A DNA stretch of 64,000 nt from Eledone cirrhosa (taxonomy: Eukaryota), in contig CAXHJY010001308.1 in the NCBI GenBank assembly GCA_964016885.1, forward strand, positions 10,844 to 74,843. Direction: 5' to 3'. Shown in pieces: positions 12,929 through 25,876 of the stretch. The notes beneath the pieces are model-generated. The model did no database searches, was not told the origin of the DNA, and saw nothing but the letters and a program-made list of their open reading frames with translations. The position numbers and the translations under genes were made by a program. The first letter of the stretch is position 1. The number at the start of each line of letters is the position of its first letter.

Positions 12929-13021
12929 CTGAGTTTTCTTGAGTCTCTCCGAGCCAGCCAGATCAACGAAATTGAGCTTTGAAATAGTATATTTTGCATC
13001 CGAATCCACAGAAGAATGGGA
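12929..13021 (-). CDS. KIF9: KIF9-like coding exon 6 (switch II)
   Basis: ttaaag|TCCCAT...ACTCAG|gtgggt; SHSSVDSDAKYTISKLNFVDLAGSERLKKTQ (DLAGSE); 93 bp. Confidence 0.95.
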
Positions 13022-13248
13022 CTTTAACAATACGGAAAAAAATTGAAGTTAAGGATCTGTAAGATTTGTTTGATCAGCAAAGTATGCATATGTGTGTGTA
13101 GATGTGAGTGTGTTTGTGTATAGACTTGTAAGTGGATATGTGTGTATGTGTATGTGTGTGTAAATGTGTTGGTATGCTGATACAAACAAAACTGAGAAGA
13201 AAGAAAAAAGTTAAAAAACAAAGCAGTCACAGACAAAAGAAACCCTAC

Positions 13249-13274
13249 TTAGTAGTAGTAGTAGTAGTAGTAGT

Positions 13275-13306
<32 letters not shown>

Positions 13307-13312
13307 TAGTAA

Positions 13313-13372
<60 letters not shown>

Positions 13373-13403
13373 GAGCAGCAGCAGTAGTAGTAGTAATAGT
13401 AGT

Positions 13404-13500
<97 letters not shown>

Positions 13501-13524
13501 CTAGCAGGAGCAGCAGCAGCAGCA
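13249..13524 (+). repeat. Compound (GTA)n/(GCA)n microsatellite
   Basis: Direct reading. Confidence 0.97.
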
Positions 13525-13949
13525 TAAATTGTTTATGAATGAAATTTAATTTCAAAATTCTATTTTCAATAATGTTTCTTAATCTTTTCATTATCATATT
13601 TCTCATGAAAGACACTGCTTATTATATTGAAATAATTTTGAAAATAATCAAGAATTTGGGGAAGTTTAATTAAATAGCTGGACCAGTCTTTGGAATACAG
13701 TCCTAACTACACTGACAAAGTCTGTTTTCCATGAGAGCTCTTTGATGGTTATGAGGCCTTTCATTTGGAGTGATCGCAAGGATCTAGTTGTGTGCTGATC
13801 ACGCTTGAGGAGGGTAAGATGCAATGGTGATTACTCAAAATGCATAATGCAAATATTTTTGTTGTTGTTGAAAGAGATGAAACTGACATGATCCATTTGT
13901 AGGGCACTTTACAGGTGTCAATATTACATACTGGGGAAAGTTAGAGATA

Positions 13950-14820
13950 AATGGAGAGTGGTATTATTTGTATAAAGGTTGTTGGACATGATGTCAAGAA
14001 CATCATTAATGTAATGAAGAGTTTGGGAGACAAAACAAAATGGTGCAGCATACCAGTGTTGATGAAGTGAGTGATAGAGACAGCATTGTCAGTACCTATC
14101 ATGATAGTACAATGTGATAGGAAGCTACTGATCAAAGAGGTGATGGATGGATGAAGCTCAAAGGTTGGCTGTTTTTAGAGATTCGCATGCCAGACATGGT
14201 CAAAACTTTTGTTGATTTCAAGGGTAACAACATTATTTACACTAAATCTCTTGAAGACAAGAGCCCAGGAACGACAAAGAAGAGAAAGCCTCTTGCGAAT
14301 CTGGCTTTATGGATGTATGGAAGCTGTATTGGTGGCCTTTAAGAAAAGAGAGAAAGGAAGAGAGAGGAGGGAGGGAATCAAATGTTGAAGAACTTTGTCG
14401 TTAAACATCAAGATATTGAAAGTGAGTGCAATAGGATGATAGTTGGTAAGTTTCCCTTCTTGGGAATGAGTTACATTGTAGCATGTTTCGAAAGATCAGG
14501 ATATATCTTTGTTGAGAGGCTAGCTCTGTGGCAGACTGCTTGAAGGTGATGAAGAGGACATTGTCAAAGTCATTGGCAAGGATGTATGGAGGGTGGAGTG
14601 TCATGTGGAATAGTAGTGGGAGGGGGGGATGGGCTTGGAAGAGATTTATCAAATGTCTACAATGAGTTGGATGCTAAGCAATAACGATGGCAGCTTTCTC
14701 CATGGTAGTAATCCTCACAGAATCATTACGATCGAGGAATGGAGGAAAGGAAGATTCTGCAAAGGTGTAGGAGATCCCTTTGACAAGGAACCAGCTATCC
14801 AAAGATCATTTGTCAAATAA
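13950..14820 (-). mobile_element. Possible highly decayed Penelope-like RT remnant
   Basis: Only weak motifs (FQYLDV resembling FLDV; a KPTDSH-like relic); many stops. Confidence 0.3.
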
Positions 14821-14935
14821 ACTAAAATGAAACTCCTAACCTAGAATTGGAACCAAATCAACGAAAGTCAGTTCACTGACAGCTCACTACTTCTCTACAT
14901 TGCTTGCATTCCACTTTTGCTAATATAAATAGCTT

Positions 14936-15170
14936 TAACTCTTCCATTACTATATTTCTAATGAAATACACTGTACTTTAATTAAGGATTGAAGAATTTT
15001 GAAGGATTTATTAAGTTATTTCATTAACATGATATTCATAACATAATTTAACAAAATATTTTTATATAAATTAATGTTAGAAGATTTTATTCTAAACAGG
15101 AATCTTTTAAAAGGGTGGTTTTATTTCATAGAACAAGCGGCAGTTTTGGGTGGGTGGATATCAAAAGTTG
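14936..15170 (+). mobile_element. Decayed TTAA-flanked MITE-like repeat (related pieces at ~9935-10196 and ~13595-13700)
   Basis: Shared tatttctaatgaaa.acactg core; ttaactctt... start here and ...aagagttaa end at ~10196. Confidence 0.45.
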
Positions 15171-15280
15171 AGAAATTCTTCTCCAAAATAACAAAATTGT
15201 CACCATGTCACAATGGGCCAGTAACATACTAAGGGGAAGGATATGTAAAAAGAAAAGAAAAAGCCAATTCCAATATTTAC

Positions 15281-15364
15281 CTCAACAAAGATTGTAAAAA
15301 TACAATGAGACCGTGAAGAGTGACTGTTGAGACTGTGTTGTCCAATAATTCGGTTTGTTTCTCC
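15281..15364 (-). CDS. KIF9: KIF9-like coding exon 5 (switch I)
   Basis: ctacag|GGAGAA...GTTGAG|gtaaat; GETNRIIGQHSLNSHSSRSHCIFTIFVE (NxxSSRSH); 84 bp. Confidence 0.95.
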
Positions 15365-15554
15365 CTGTAGAGGATATTATCAAATTTAGAAAGAAAATGA
15401 GACACATATGCACTCACTATATATATATAAATACATAATCGGAGAAAGCTAAAAGCGATACTCCGGCCAAATTCCAGCTCACTCAACAAACATTAGGAAA
15501 TACCTGAGTAAATTCCTAATTAAACGTTCGGGGTGCTAACTAATTGTATTGTGT

Positions 15555-15607
<53 letters not shown>

Positions 15608-16659
15608 GATGTATATATATATATATATATATGTGGTTATATGTATATATATATATATATATATTATATAGTTATGTAATAAACAACATAAGGCAATTAT
15701 TCCATTTACCAGTGGTTTCTTAAAAGCAAAAGATTTTGCTTTGAATCCTCAGAATGAAAAAATCCTGGTCTGTTTATTGAATTTGGATTTTAAAAACAAA
15801 AATGCAATCTATATGACAGTGAGGCTGGAGAAAGAAGAAGGAAAGGAAAAATAAAATAAAACCACATGCAAACACATACACAAAAACACGCACACACACA
15901 CACACAAAAGCATACATACACACACATATATATTACATTCATACATACACACACACATATATGTGTATATAAATACACACATACACATACATATACACAT
16001 ATATACATACGCACATAAATATCAACACATCCATACATACACATACATATATACAACCACACACACATACATACATATAGGAACATAAATATATATATAT
16101 ATATATATACATATATATGCAAGCGTGGAACATGGACGTTAAACGATGATGATGATGATGATATATATACATATGTACAAGCATACACATATATATTATA
16201 TACATAATTCACACATATATATTATATACACAAAATTCGTATTGGTGCTCCTACATAGCAGTAAATATATAAATGTACGTACTGTATATTGAATAATATA
16301 TGGGATGTTTATGAAAAATATTTGAATATATGCGAATTTATAAGGTTGTGACCATCATCAGACATCAAATCTCAGCAAAAACAGGGGCAAGTAATGGACA
16401 ATGCAATCATTTCTCACTTATTAGCAGTTAGCAAGACTACATATATCCAAGCTTCAGTTTGGTGGTTCTGGTTAATGGAGGTCACCTCTACTGTTTACAT
16501 ATATATATATATCCCAGTCCCTTCATATGGCTTCCCACTTCATCCAGCATGGATATCCACCCCACACTGATCCAACCTGCCCTTCCAACACCTACCTTCC
16601 TTTCCCCTTCACCCTACTTCTCTGGCGACTTATTTTCCTTTACATTCACATCATTCCTT

Positions 16660-16845
16660 TACTCACTGTAAATGAGGTTGGTGTTAGGAAGGGCATCCAG
16701 CTGTAGAAATCAAGCCAGATCAGTTCCTGTATGAGCAAGGCATGGTCAGCCGACCAGACACTGCCCACAACAGGACAACCCGTCTAACCCATGCTAGCGT
16801 GGAAGAACGGACGTAAAACGGTGATGATGATGATGATGATGATGA
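16660..16845 (+). mobile_element. RTE-tail repeat (LINE 3' UTR or SINE tail)
   Basis: cactgtaaatgaggttggtgttaggaagggcatccagctgtagaaa...cgtaaaacggtgatgatgat, similar to 55040-55212. Confidence 0.75.
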
Positions 16846-16896
16846 TTCACACTCTCTTTTCTAATTCGTCACATTTTTCCAAACCCACCTATCACT

Positions 16897-17105
16897 GCAT
16901 TTCAACCGGCCATATCCGGCCAGAATTCTCTCACCTCTTCCTGTTCAAACTGACTGTAACTGGCTGCTCATACTTATGTTAAGGTATTGTTCTCAACATA
17001 AATGATATCAAAAGCTTGTAGATTCGATATTATGTGAGATAATCATGTAAGATAAAGTCTTTACTGCGAAAATACAATATTATATATAATGTAAATGCTA
17101 AAGGG
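16897..17105 (+). mobile_element. piggyBac-type MITE lacking its left TIR
   Basis: Closely similar to 43491-43711; ends TGCTAAAGGG|TTAA. Confidence 0.7.
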
Positions 17106-17217
17106 TTAAGCGTGCCCGTAATTTCTGCGACATCCTGGTATGTAGTAGTAGTAGCAGTAGGTTGTTTTGGCTAGGATCCTCCAGATAACTGAGGACTCTG
17201 ACCCATATGACCCTCAC

Positions 17218-17390
17218 AGAAAGAAGAAGAAGAAGGAGAAGGAGAAGAAGGAGGAGGAGAAGGAGGAGAAGAAGAGGGAGGAGGAGAAGAAGAAGAAGGA
17301 GGAAGAGGAGGAGAAGGAGAAGAAGGAGAAGAAGAAGAAGAAGAAGAAGAAGAAGAAGAAGAAGAAGAAGAAGAAGAAGAAGAAGAAGAA
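17218..17390 (+). repeat. (GAA/GGA)n polypurine microsatellite
   Basis: Direct reading. Confidence 0.97.
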
Positions 17391-17559
17391 ATTTTAATTT
17401 AAATAAGAAAATATTTTAAATGGGTTTGTTTCACAGAATCAGAGGTGGTTCTGATGTAAGGGTGTTAGATACTCAAATGAATCATGGTAACCAATCTATT
17501 TTGATGACAGCTAAAGAACAACGATGTATGCTAGAGTTAAAAAGAAAGAACTGACTTGC

Positions 17560-17743
17560 CTCAAATAACAAATTAAGTGCCTCTTCTTCATTGCGCACCA
17601 AGTGATATGACAGCCCTTTGATGTAGACGTTCTTATCTGATTCAACAATGCTCATTTGGTCAGGGACAAAATGCTCCACATATTCCGGCAAAGTTGAGAG
17701 AAGATCAAACAGGGTTTCATTGTAAATCTCAAGATATGAAATT
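17560..17743 (-). CDS. KIF9: KIF9-like coding exon 4 (ends at a GC donor)
   Basis: catag|AATTTCA...; ISYLEIYNETLFDLL...EEEALNLLFE; donor GAG|gcaagt; 184 bp. Confidence 0.92.
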
Positions 17744-17764
17744 CTATGCGATGGAAAAAATAAC

Positions 17765-17797
<33 letters not shown>

Positions 17798-18370
17798 CTA
17801 GCCGAATTACCCGCGCCTTGCTGCGTTTCACACATTTTTTTTGTAAGAAAATGATGATTGATTTTAAATCAGTGATATAATTTATGGAGAAAAATGTAAT
17901 GCATGAAACATTGGAAAACATTTTTTTTGTAATATATCAAATCAAAATTACATTATTAAATCTTATTCTTATTTTGTTTCTTGTAAATAATTTTTTTCAA
18001 AATATCAATTCAAAACTTGATCATTTCATTTTTGTGTAAAGCATTATTTTATTTGGGCTTCCAAAATTTTCACTATAGGGGGTTTAATCCCCATTAGGGT
18101 GTCTTAATATTGAAATTTGCTGAAATTTTGTGAATAGGCATATTTTGTCATTTACCTATGGTTTAAATTTCATATAAATCGAAGGGAGAAAGTTTTCAGC
18201 GGGGGTTTGTGCCTCCAGGAAACCCGTTGATTAAAATGAAATATACTTATCCAAGTACCCTGGGCAATGTAGTTTCAGAATATATATGGTTATGGGGGTC
18301 TATCTCCAAAACCATAGGAGGAGTTTGTGAACAAACAAACAGACAGGAACTACAACTTTATATATGTAGA
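17798..18370 (-). mobile_element. Non-autonomous Helitron
   Basis: Minus strand: A|TCTACATATATAAAG... with a (TGTT)n tract near the 5' end; 3' GC-rich hairpin cgcagcaaggcgcggg then ...GGCTAG|T. Confidence 0.75.
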
Positions 18371-18494
18371 TATATATTACTACAACAGAGGTCTAACGAG
18401 CTTTTGATTCCAGATTCAGGCTAGATTGATAGAGATCGAACCTTGAGCTGATCAATAAACATAATGAAGACATAACAAATCATCCTCTTTATTA

Positions 18495-18869
18495 TTATAT
18501 ATATATATATATATATATACATACATACACATGTATATATATACACATATATATACATATATATATATAATATAAAATCAAAAGATGGTTAAAAGAGTTC
18601 CATGTATTTATATACACACACATATATATACATGCATATATATATGCACACATATATATATACATGCATATATATACATGCATATATATACACACATATA
18701 TATATATACACACATATATATATATATACACGCATATATACATACACACACATATATATACACACACACATATATATATACATAAATATATACATATATA
18801 TATACATACATATATATACATATATATATACATACATATATATACATATATATATACATATATATATAT

Positions 18870-18904
<35 letters not shown>

Positions 18905-19032
18905 TACATATATATATATATATAAATATACACATATATATATAAATATACATAGATATATAAAAATATACACATATATATAGAAATATACATATATATA
19001 TAAAAATATACACACAAAAAAAAATATATATA
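18495..19032. repeat. Degenerate (TA/CA)n microsatellite
   Basis: Direct reading. Confidence 0.95.
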
Positions 19033-19089
19033 TTTCGTTTCTGAATTTGTTTAGCAAGATTCTTTATCTGAAAACGTGTGTTGAAACCG

Positions 19090-19601
19090 ATATTGTTATG
19101 CTTTGGGGGGGTCATGTTGCCAATAAGAAACACACGCACCAGTTGCTTTCACTCCAATTTATTATAAATTAAATTTATAAATTTAAGAATTTACAAATTT
19201 CCTGTTGGTTGGTTGGTTCCATAACCAGACGGTTGTTCATATATTGTCAAAGTTCTTTCGTCATACATTCTGTGACCTCTTCAGTGACTGGGGATTCTTT
19301 TCTTTGTTTTGGTGCCTCTCCTGTGTTCTGTCCTACGCCATCAAAACAAGATGGCGTAGGACAGAACAAAGGAGAGGCACAAAACAAAGAAAAGAATCCC
19401 CAGTCACTGAAGAGGTCACAGAATGTATGACGAAAGAACTTTGACAATATATGAACAACCGTCTGGTTATGGAACCAACCAACCAACAGGAAATTTGTAA
19501 ATTCTTAAATTTATAAATTTAATTTATAATAAATTGGAGTGAAAGCAACTGGTGCGTGTGTTTCTTATTGGCAACATGACCCTCCCAAAGCATAACAATA
19601 T
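19090..19601. repeat. Near-perfect long inverted repeat (~250-bp arms, 7-nt loop), probably Penelope pLTR-derived
   Basis: 19090-19342 is the reverse complement of 19350-19601 with very few mismatches; loop AAAACAA; related palindrome at 51700-51980. Confidence 0.95.
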
Positions 19602-20210
19602 ATATATATATATACATATATGTATATTCTAGTGGAAAATAATAATAATTATTCTGGTGGAAAAACAAAAATAATTCTAGTGGAAACATCCATATGTGCA
19701 TCCCTCATTGGATTTTATGCTTTGACATTCCGTACTACCGTTAATTAGCTTTCCGGAGAGGATTTACAATTAGTTATCTACGTGTAAACAACACTCCTGT
19801 ATAATGGATATTACATTATGCAGAAGTACAGACCAAACTCCATCAAGCAGATCAGACAAAAGAAACAATGTTTCTACTCGTCTTTCCTTTGTTGATACTA
19901 TCTGCTAATTGCAAATCCCATCAGAGAAAGCAACATGAAAAAAAGAATTTTACTCAAGAACAAAATGCACCATCTAGTCCCATAATCAAACCTTATAATC
20001 ATGTGTCTAAAACCCTAACCACTAGGCCACATATCTTCACTCAAAGACCACCCCTGATAACTAATTTTTTAAGTATCCAGTTCACAAACATTTTCTGCTT
20101 TGTAAAAAACTGTTGCATCACTTCCTGGAAAACATTTGTTACTATCTTCTTGTGATGGTTGATGAATAACGGTTAATTAGATAAAGAGAAACATACATAG
20201 AAGTGCTCAC

Positions 20211-20364
20211 CTTACAGAAATAACACTTTCTGTACAATCTTCAATTTGTTTGAAGAGCTGAGAAATTGCCCTGGGAATTAGTCCCCGATACTGAAAATTC
20301 TCATGCACTCCCGATATAGTGAAAGTTTTACCAGCTCCTGTTTGTCCATAACATAAAATGGTTC
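20211..20364 (-). CDS. KIF9: KIF9-like coding exon 3 (P-loop)
   Basis: tttcag|GAACC...TGTAAG|gtgagc; GTILCYGQTGAGKTFTISG...RGLIPRAISQLF (Walker A); 154 bp, phases consistent with neighbours. Confidence 0.95.
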
Positions 20365-21472
20365 CTGAAATGATGAAGTGCAGAATAAGAATATAAAATA
20401 AAGTTGATGCTTGTTAAGGTGCTTGACTATTCCATCACCTTAGCCTTACAGATTTATCATTGTGCTTAGCCAGTGCCAGATTTATCATTGTACTTAGGTG
20501 TGCCATTGATCAGGGTAAGGGGGCATCGTCCTGCCAAAAGAATTGTTTACCTCCTTCAGGGCACAGTAAAGGGTCTCATAACTTAACTAACACAAAGCTT
20601 CATTTGTCCTAAACCTGGCACTGCTTGCTGCTGTTTCTAGTAGATAAAGCAATAGCATAGGGCAGACAGTGGGCTGCATGAGATATTTTTTGTTAGGGGT
20701 GCCATTCAGAAAGCCAAACAGGTTGCATGGAGCCTGCAGGCTGCAATTTACTCATGACTGACATAGAGGTCCCTTGTTTGAGCAATCAGATTTATTTTAC
20801 AGCTAGGTGTTCTATATACTGCTAATACTAATATACATGTTGTAAGAGTGGAACATGATTTTCCTGTCAGATAATTTTCGGAAAGCAGATATACACCTCT
20901 CCTTGCCAGACACAACATACTGATAATAGAAGATATTTCTATTATCAGTATTTTGTTGCTAAAGATTGGGTTACTGGATTTGCTATGCCACATTTTTTTT
21001 AATGAGGGTTTAATTCACACCAGGTTTTAATTTACCACCAGTTAGGTTTCATAGAATGATAAAAAAAATCTTTTTCATAGAGAGGATATGAAGACAATGT
21101 CTTTTCTGAGTGTATCCCAGGTTTTAGAATAGGTACAGAGTACCCTTGTGTGATGTAAGAGGTGATTAAAAAATCTGGCACCAGGAAGGGCATCCAACTG
21201 TAAAACATTGTTTCAAACCATCCATCCAAAAGTAAATCTAAAAATGATGATGAATGAAACTGTGTTAATCATTTCACTCAATGACTACAAAAAGCATAAC
21301 AAGTAAAGAGAAGAAAACATAAGAAAAGAAAAATGATATTATGATGAAATTGATGAATAAAGTTCTAAAAATTTATGTGACAGGAGCTACGTATTAAATA
21401 GTATTCCAATGAGCTGTGAGTGTCTTCAATTTCATATAATACAGTTTTGCATGTAGGTTTAGAGATACTCAC

Positions 21473-21638
21473 CATTGTAACCCGTAAGGGCAGCATTAAC
21501 AAGATCTGCAGCAACTTCATTGTAAACCTCTTCTTGACTTACATTATGGAGTACACCATCAAGCTTAAATAACCAGTCATGAATCTGGTTGTTAACTACA
21601 TCGTGCTTCACACTTTGTCCAGCATGTATGTTAATGCT
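21473..21638 (-). CDS. KIF9: KIF9-like coding exon 2
   Basis: tgtag|AGCATT...TACAATG|gtgagt; SINIHAGQSVKHDVVNNQIHDWLFKLDGVLHNVSQEEVYNEVAADLVNAALTGYN, matching the KIF9 VVNNQxxDWxFKLDGVLH signature; 166 bp. Confidence 0.93.
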
Positions 21639-22269
21639 CTACAAAAAAAAAAATTATACAGTTAGTGTCTAGTATGTATATTAATGTTCTACAGATAATG
21701 TGAAAAATATCAACAACACAATAAGCATTTTAAGGTAATTTCCCTGCTAAAACAGGCTCCATGATGAGCTTTTCCCATTTTTGCCTATCATCTGTGTCCC
21801 CTCTCACCAAACTCTTGGTTTTCACTTTCTCTGCCATCATCTTTAGCCATATCTTTCAAGGTCTGATTTTTTTCTTTCCTCAATTTCTTTCTACATTCAT
21901 TTCCATCTATCCTCTCACCCAGTCACTTTCATCCTTCCTTAACAGATGACCCATTTATGACCCATTTCATAACAATCAACACTGGCTCTATTCCCATAAT
22001 CCTCTGTAATTCATTGCTTGTCTGCCATAAAAATAGTCAGGTATTGTTTTAAACAAAAGTTTGTCACTTGAGGCCTTCCTGCACTCTTGATCTATTTGAT
22101 CTTCAATTACTAGAACATCTTTGCATTATTTTATTTTCTTTATGAAAGGTTTGTTCCTTTTTTAAAGAACTGTAAATCTAGTTTCGTCTTTGACGTTGGA
22201 TGTATTTTACATACTTTTAGATTGGTTTCTCTTCCTTTCTTTTCGATACCTTTTCCTTCTTTTTATTTA

Positions 22270-22552
22270 ATATAATAATAATAATGAAGTTATTTTGTAC
22301 AGTGTTCAGGTGCACTACAACTCATCAAAGGTACATGTATAGTACATAGAATAATGTACAAATGTCAGGAAAGTGAACAGTATATGAGTCATGATATATA
22401 CACAAATACATGCATGTATGTGTATGGAGGGGTGAATATCAGGTGTTGTGTTGTCGAATTTCGGGAAGCACGGAAGTTTTGGAGGATGCAGTGTCCCGAC
22501 AGCTAACAACCAATCCAGGTAGCTTGTTCCATGCTTCAGCAACTCTGAGCAT
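22270..22552 (-). mobile_element. Short 3' fragment of the same CR1 family
   Basis: Aligns by eye with 6560-6825 (gtacagtg.tcaggtgcactacaactcatcaaa...ttccatgcttcagcaactct). Confidence 0.85.
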
Positions 22553-22789
22553 GAAACATATATATATATATATCCAACAGTTAACTTTAAAAAAAAAAAA
22601 CTATCAATTTCCGACGGTTTTGAAGGCCATATTCGTTCAAAACGCATAAAAAAAAACAATAGGAAAAACAAAGTTCATCTCCTACGTGAGACGGGTGTGA
22701 TCATAAAAGTATATTTTTTGCTGCCTCTAACTATTCTACTTGTCACCGCTTTTAATACTAATAGTAGTTGCTAATTTACGAAAAAGACC

Positions 22790-23162
22790 AGCAGTTGGAG
22801 AAAGAAGTTGATCATATCAATTCCAGTACTAGACTGGTACATTATTTTAACAACCCCGAAAGGAAGAAAGGTAAAGTTGATCTTGACGTGATTTGAATTC
22901 AATGTAAAAAGCCGGAATAAATACCGCACAGTATTTTGTTCGGCGCTCTTATGATTTGGTCAAAAATATTTTAATGTATTATTTATATACATCGGTAGAC
23001 CGTCGGACGCCATGCTTTGATGCATAGAGTTATGGCCCTTTCCAATCTGAGTTCAAATCCCGCCGCGGTTAACTTTGCCTTTCATCCTTACGGGGTCGTT
23101 AAAATAAAGTACTAGTAATGCACTGGGTAATTGCTGGCCTTGTGGCAAAAGTAGAAACAATT
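22790..23162. mobile_element. Two oppositely oriented copies of the abundant SINE
   Basis: ctgagttcaaatcccgcc...tttgcctttcatccttacggggtcg on + and its reverse complement upstream. Confidence 0.7.
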
Positions 23163-24719
23163 ATTTATATACATATACATACTCGTTAAGGGTGTCACAA
23201 TTATCTAAGGGAGATAATTCTAATTTTATTTAGTGTTAAGTTGCCTCCCTTGCACTAAACTGTATGGAGTTATATAAAGTGTATGCAAATATTCACAGGG
23301 AGTTTTGTCTTGTAATTTCAAGGATAATTTCCAGGATCGGAAGAATATAAATGACACTTTTAATTATACAGCTGTTATATTTTTTTTACTGAAAAACTAA
23401 AAGTGAACAATAAAAAAAATGTCAACAAAAATATGGATCGTAAGAAAGTTTCAGTTTCAGCCCTTAACAGTACACGTCTGAAGTAAAAGAAATTACAATT
23501 GCAGTGGCTTTCATTGGTTTGTTGTAAAGTTATAAGGTTGAAACAAATAATTTCACATAAATTAATTGTATTAGTAATCGATAAGCTTGAATATGTAATT
23601 TTATAAACAATTTTAGTAAGACGTAGTCAGTCATATGAAAAAGTAGTTACAAATGAGGAATACTGTTGATGAAAATATGTAATGTTTTCTACTTATATCG
23701 ATTATATATGTGAACATTTTAATTTATATTCATTTCATCATCATCATCATCATTTTACGTCCGCTTTTCCCTGTTTGCAAGGGTTGGACGGGTCCTAGTC
23801 AGCACAGCATCTCTCCACTTGCCACGATCCTTCGTCATCTCCTCGGTGAGTTTCAGCGATCTGAGGTCTGCTCTCACCACCTCCGCCCATGTTTTATAAG
23901 TTTTAAAAACCTCGCCTGTTGATTATCATTGTACCTCGGTATCTAAGTGATCTGACTTCCATCCCAGTTAGATTTGATTTGTTGTTTTTCTTTTATTATT
24001 TTTTGTCTTTGTTTTCCCCATCACCCTAATCTTAATAGATCTCCAACTGCCCAACAAATTAAAATCAACTGAAATGACTACATATCTGAAGTGAAACCAT
24101 ACTAAGTTAAAAGAAATTACGGCGTTTCTCAAGATAAATTAATATATATAAGACAATAATATATAATCCGAACTAATATATCCCACATTAGGGTTAGGAG
24201 GAATTCATATTTTCTGTTCGCATGGCTGTTAATCTAGAGTCAATTAATTACAGAAAACCGAATGAATTAACCCTAAACGCAACCCTAATTTGGAATAAAT
24301 TGGTTCGGATTATATTATTGTCTATTAATTTATTGGGGAGAGGGGATTGTTCAGGAGAAACACCAAAATTACTATTATGTTGCGACTTAATGAATTAACG
24401 ATTGATTTAATAATGCAAAGGACGTTTCGTCAACTTAATGTAGTTGAACGTCAGATATTCTCATTTCATGGTGACGTATAATAAATATTATGTTATGCTC
24501 ATCATCATCATCACCGTTTAACATCCATTTTCTACACCACCATGAGTTAGAAGAGTTGTCTTATTTGAGGTAAGTCGAGTCAGATTACCATGTCTTGCTC
24601 ATGGAGAACTGATTTTGGCTTGAGTGAGTACTGGGTGCATTTTGTCGGGACACCTACATGACCACTTTACAATGTGGGCTGGGTGCTTTTTGTCGTGATA
24701 CCTGTAGGTGCCATCAAGA

Positions 24720-25470
24720 GGTGTGTTGGCATAAACGTTGGAGCGTTAAACAAAATGCTTTGTAACATTTAGTTACATTATTATAATTCTTTACGTTCTG
24801 AGTTCAAATCCTGCGGAGGTCGGCTTTGTTTTTCACCATTCCGGGATCGATAGAATAAAGTACCAATTAAGTACTAGGGTTGATATGATCGTCTCTCTCA
24901 TCCCACCCGAATTACTATATTGGAAACGATGTTGGGGGGGTGGAGGTGGAAAGTTGATTATATTGATTCTCGTACTTGACTGATACTTTATTTTATCGAC
25001 CTCAGAAGGATGAAAGGCCGAGATCAACTTTGCTTTTCAACCTTCCGAAGTTGATAGAATAAAGTACTAGTCAAGTATGCATGCATGATTCTGTAACTAT
25101 CGAGGGAGTCGTAAGGGCGCCGTATTGACATACAGCGTTTCTAGGATAGTTTTAAACCTGACGGAGCCCATCACCTCTCCAGGTCTGAATACAGAAGATT
25201 TCTTCGAGAGAAGGGTAAAAGTGAGAGGGAGGAAGTTAGAAAGAGATATAAAGAAAGAATCGACCCTAGTAATAGACTGGTACTTTTTTTATCGACCTTA
25301 AATTGATGAAAGGCGGTATTCGGACTCAGAGAGCAGAGAACCGATATGAATACTACAAAGCAATCTATGCGACATTCTAACAATTCTGCCAATTCGTCGC
25401 CTTGCCAGTCAAGTATAGGGATCGATATAATCTACTTTCCCCTTCCTTAAATTACTGGCCTTGTTAGAAA
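24720..25470. mobile_element. Cluster of SINE copies and fragments in KIF9 intron 1
   Basis: Same SINE motifs on both strands; 25100-25290 is also similar to 43155-43395. Confidence 0.65.
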
Positions 25471-25697
25471 CAACTATGTTCAAACCATTATATTAATCAT
25501 AATTATTTTGTGAGGCGTCCATGGACAAGAAATTATTTTTAAAACATAGTATATCAACATAAGATAACAAGCTAACTTTAAAATAAAACAGTCGGCATAG
25601 ATTGATAGTTTAGGTTTGTTGACATAAGATGTGAAAAAGTATGAGTGATAAGGAAAGAGGTGAAAACAAGTAGAAAATATGCGATATTGATACAGAC

Positions 25698-25793
25698 CTT
25701 TTTGTCTGGAGATATATTTATCACATTAGGAACAAAATTAGAAGTTGGTTTAATTCGACACCATACTCGGACTTTGTTAGAACTGCTCCCCAT
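25698..25793 (-). CDS. KIF9: Kinesin-9 (KIF9-like) coding exon 1
   Basis: ATG at 25793; MGSSSNKVRVWCRIKPTSNFVPNVINISPDKK contains the kinesin N-terminal VxVxxRxKP motif; donor AAG|gtctgt; 96 bp, phase 0. Confidence 0.9.
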
Positions 25794-25831
25794 TATTAGA
25801 CGACGGACAGCATATATTGAGAAGCGTAACC

Positions 25832-25876
25832 GTTGCTAGGCAATTTAACGATCACTTCCGGTTGATTGATTTCCGG
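25832..25876. promoter_or_regulatory. RFX X-box-like motif plus two ETS-like motifs upstream of the KIF9 ATG
   Basis: GTTGCTAGGCAAT at 25832-25844; ACTTCCGG at 25854-25861; TTCCGG at 25871-25876; all within ~85 bp of the start codon. Confidence 0.65.

Noticed and set aside
13132-13615. Poly-V/A and poly-L ORFs (also poly-K/E/R at 17167-17419)
   Set aside because: Trinucleotide microsatellites inside KIF9 introns
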